Part shown: in pieces, positions 63,566-64,000 of the stretch
Layout of the letters: each line of letters begins with the position of its first letter
Numbering within the stretch: position 1 is the first letter of the stretch
Assembly (NCBI GenBank): GCA_010909165.1
Contig: MU008155.1
Coordinates: forward strand, 1,860,001-1,924,000
DNA from: Anthoceros angustus
Taxonomy: Eukaryota > Plantae > Anthocerotophyta
Direction: 5' to 3'
DNA: 64,000 nt
Program-made: the position numbers and the translations under genes
The notes under the pieces: generated by a model
What the model saw: only the letters and a program-made list of their open reading frames with translations
Databases searched by the model: none
What the model was told of the DNA's origin: nothing

Positions 63566-63589
63566 CAGAACTAGCAGCTTCTTCAGCAC

Positions 63590-63792
63590 CGGTGGTAGGT
63601 AGGCCCTTCATCATCCCTGATCACAATATCATTGGTGCCAATATCATTGGTGCAGTAGGTAGTTACGGGAAAGGCATTCGAGGAGACTAGGACTTCCCCT
63701 TTTACCATTAGCCCTTTTTGGGTTGTTCCTCCTCGGAACTTCAGGGGTAGATGGGATTTTTCATCTCGTCTATTAATAATTTCTACTCTATT
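63590..63792 (-). repeat. Second (inverted) copy of the dispersed repeat at 10515-10695
   Basis: Reverse-complement match with a small internal duplication (CAATATCATTGGTGC x2). Confidence 0.85.
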
Positions 63793-63857
63793 TAACTCCA
63801 GCGTACACTATCAGCAAGTATCGTGGACATTAATAATAGGGTACAAATAAGAGCAGC

Positions 63858-63995
63858 AAAATAAGTATACTACCAACAAGTGTCAAAATAAGTATACCAC
63901 CAATAAGTATCAAAATAAGTATATGACCAGCAAGTGTAAAAATAAGTATACTACCAGCAAGCGTCATGGCCAAAATAAGTACACTACCAGCACGT
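63858..63995. repeat. ~27-bp minisatellite
   Basis: AAAATAAGTA(T/C)A..ACCA(A/G)(C/T)AAG x5. Confidence 0.85.
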
Positions 63996-64000
63996 GAAGT

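Noticed and set aside
63478-63995. Short regularly spaced repeats resembling a CRISPR array
   Set aside because: No unique spacers, no cas genes, eukaryotic context. These are ordinary minisatellites.

Overview
Eukaryotic nuclear DNA from a land plant. Short GT-AG introns, a GC-rich intronless NRT2 and a PPR remnant fit a non-seed plant, but that placement is inference. Left third: an intron-rich copine (BONZAI-like) gene, a SEN1/senataxin-like SF1 helicase gene, and a minus-strand NRT2 nitrate transporter. Right end: a ferredoxin-nitrite reductase (NiR) gene with a nitrate-responsive-element-like site and a ~1.28 kb tandem duplication of its 5' half. NRT2 and NiR are head-to-head, about 33 kb apart, and the gap is mostly a nested TE stack. 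The outer layer is a ~29 kb element with 23-bp terminal inverted repeats that carries a decayed, intron-containing ParB-like + N4C/N6A (beta-class) DNA methyltransferase gene. Inside it is a complete Ty1/copia element (TSD TGACC), which itself holds a CACTA fragment (TSD ATT) and a second, antisense copia with TA-starting LTRs (TSD GGAAG). A hAT remnant lies just upstream of NiR. Four 0.8-1.35 kb tandem duplications and many 1-2 nt indels suggest that part of this window may be unpolished or misassembled long-read sequence.
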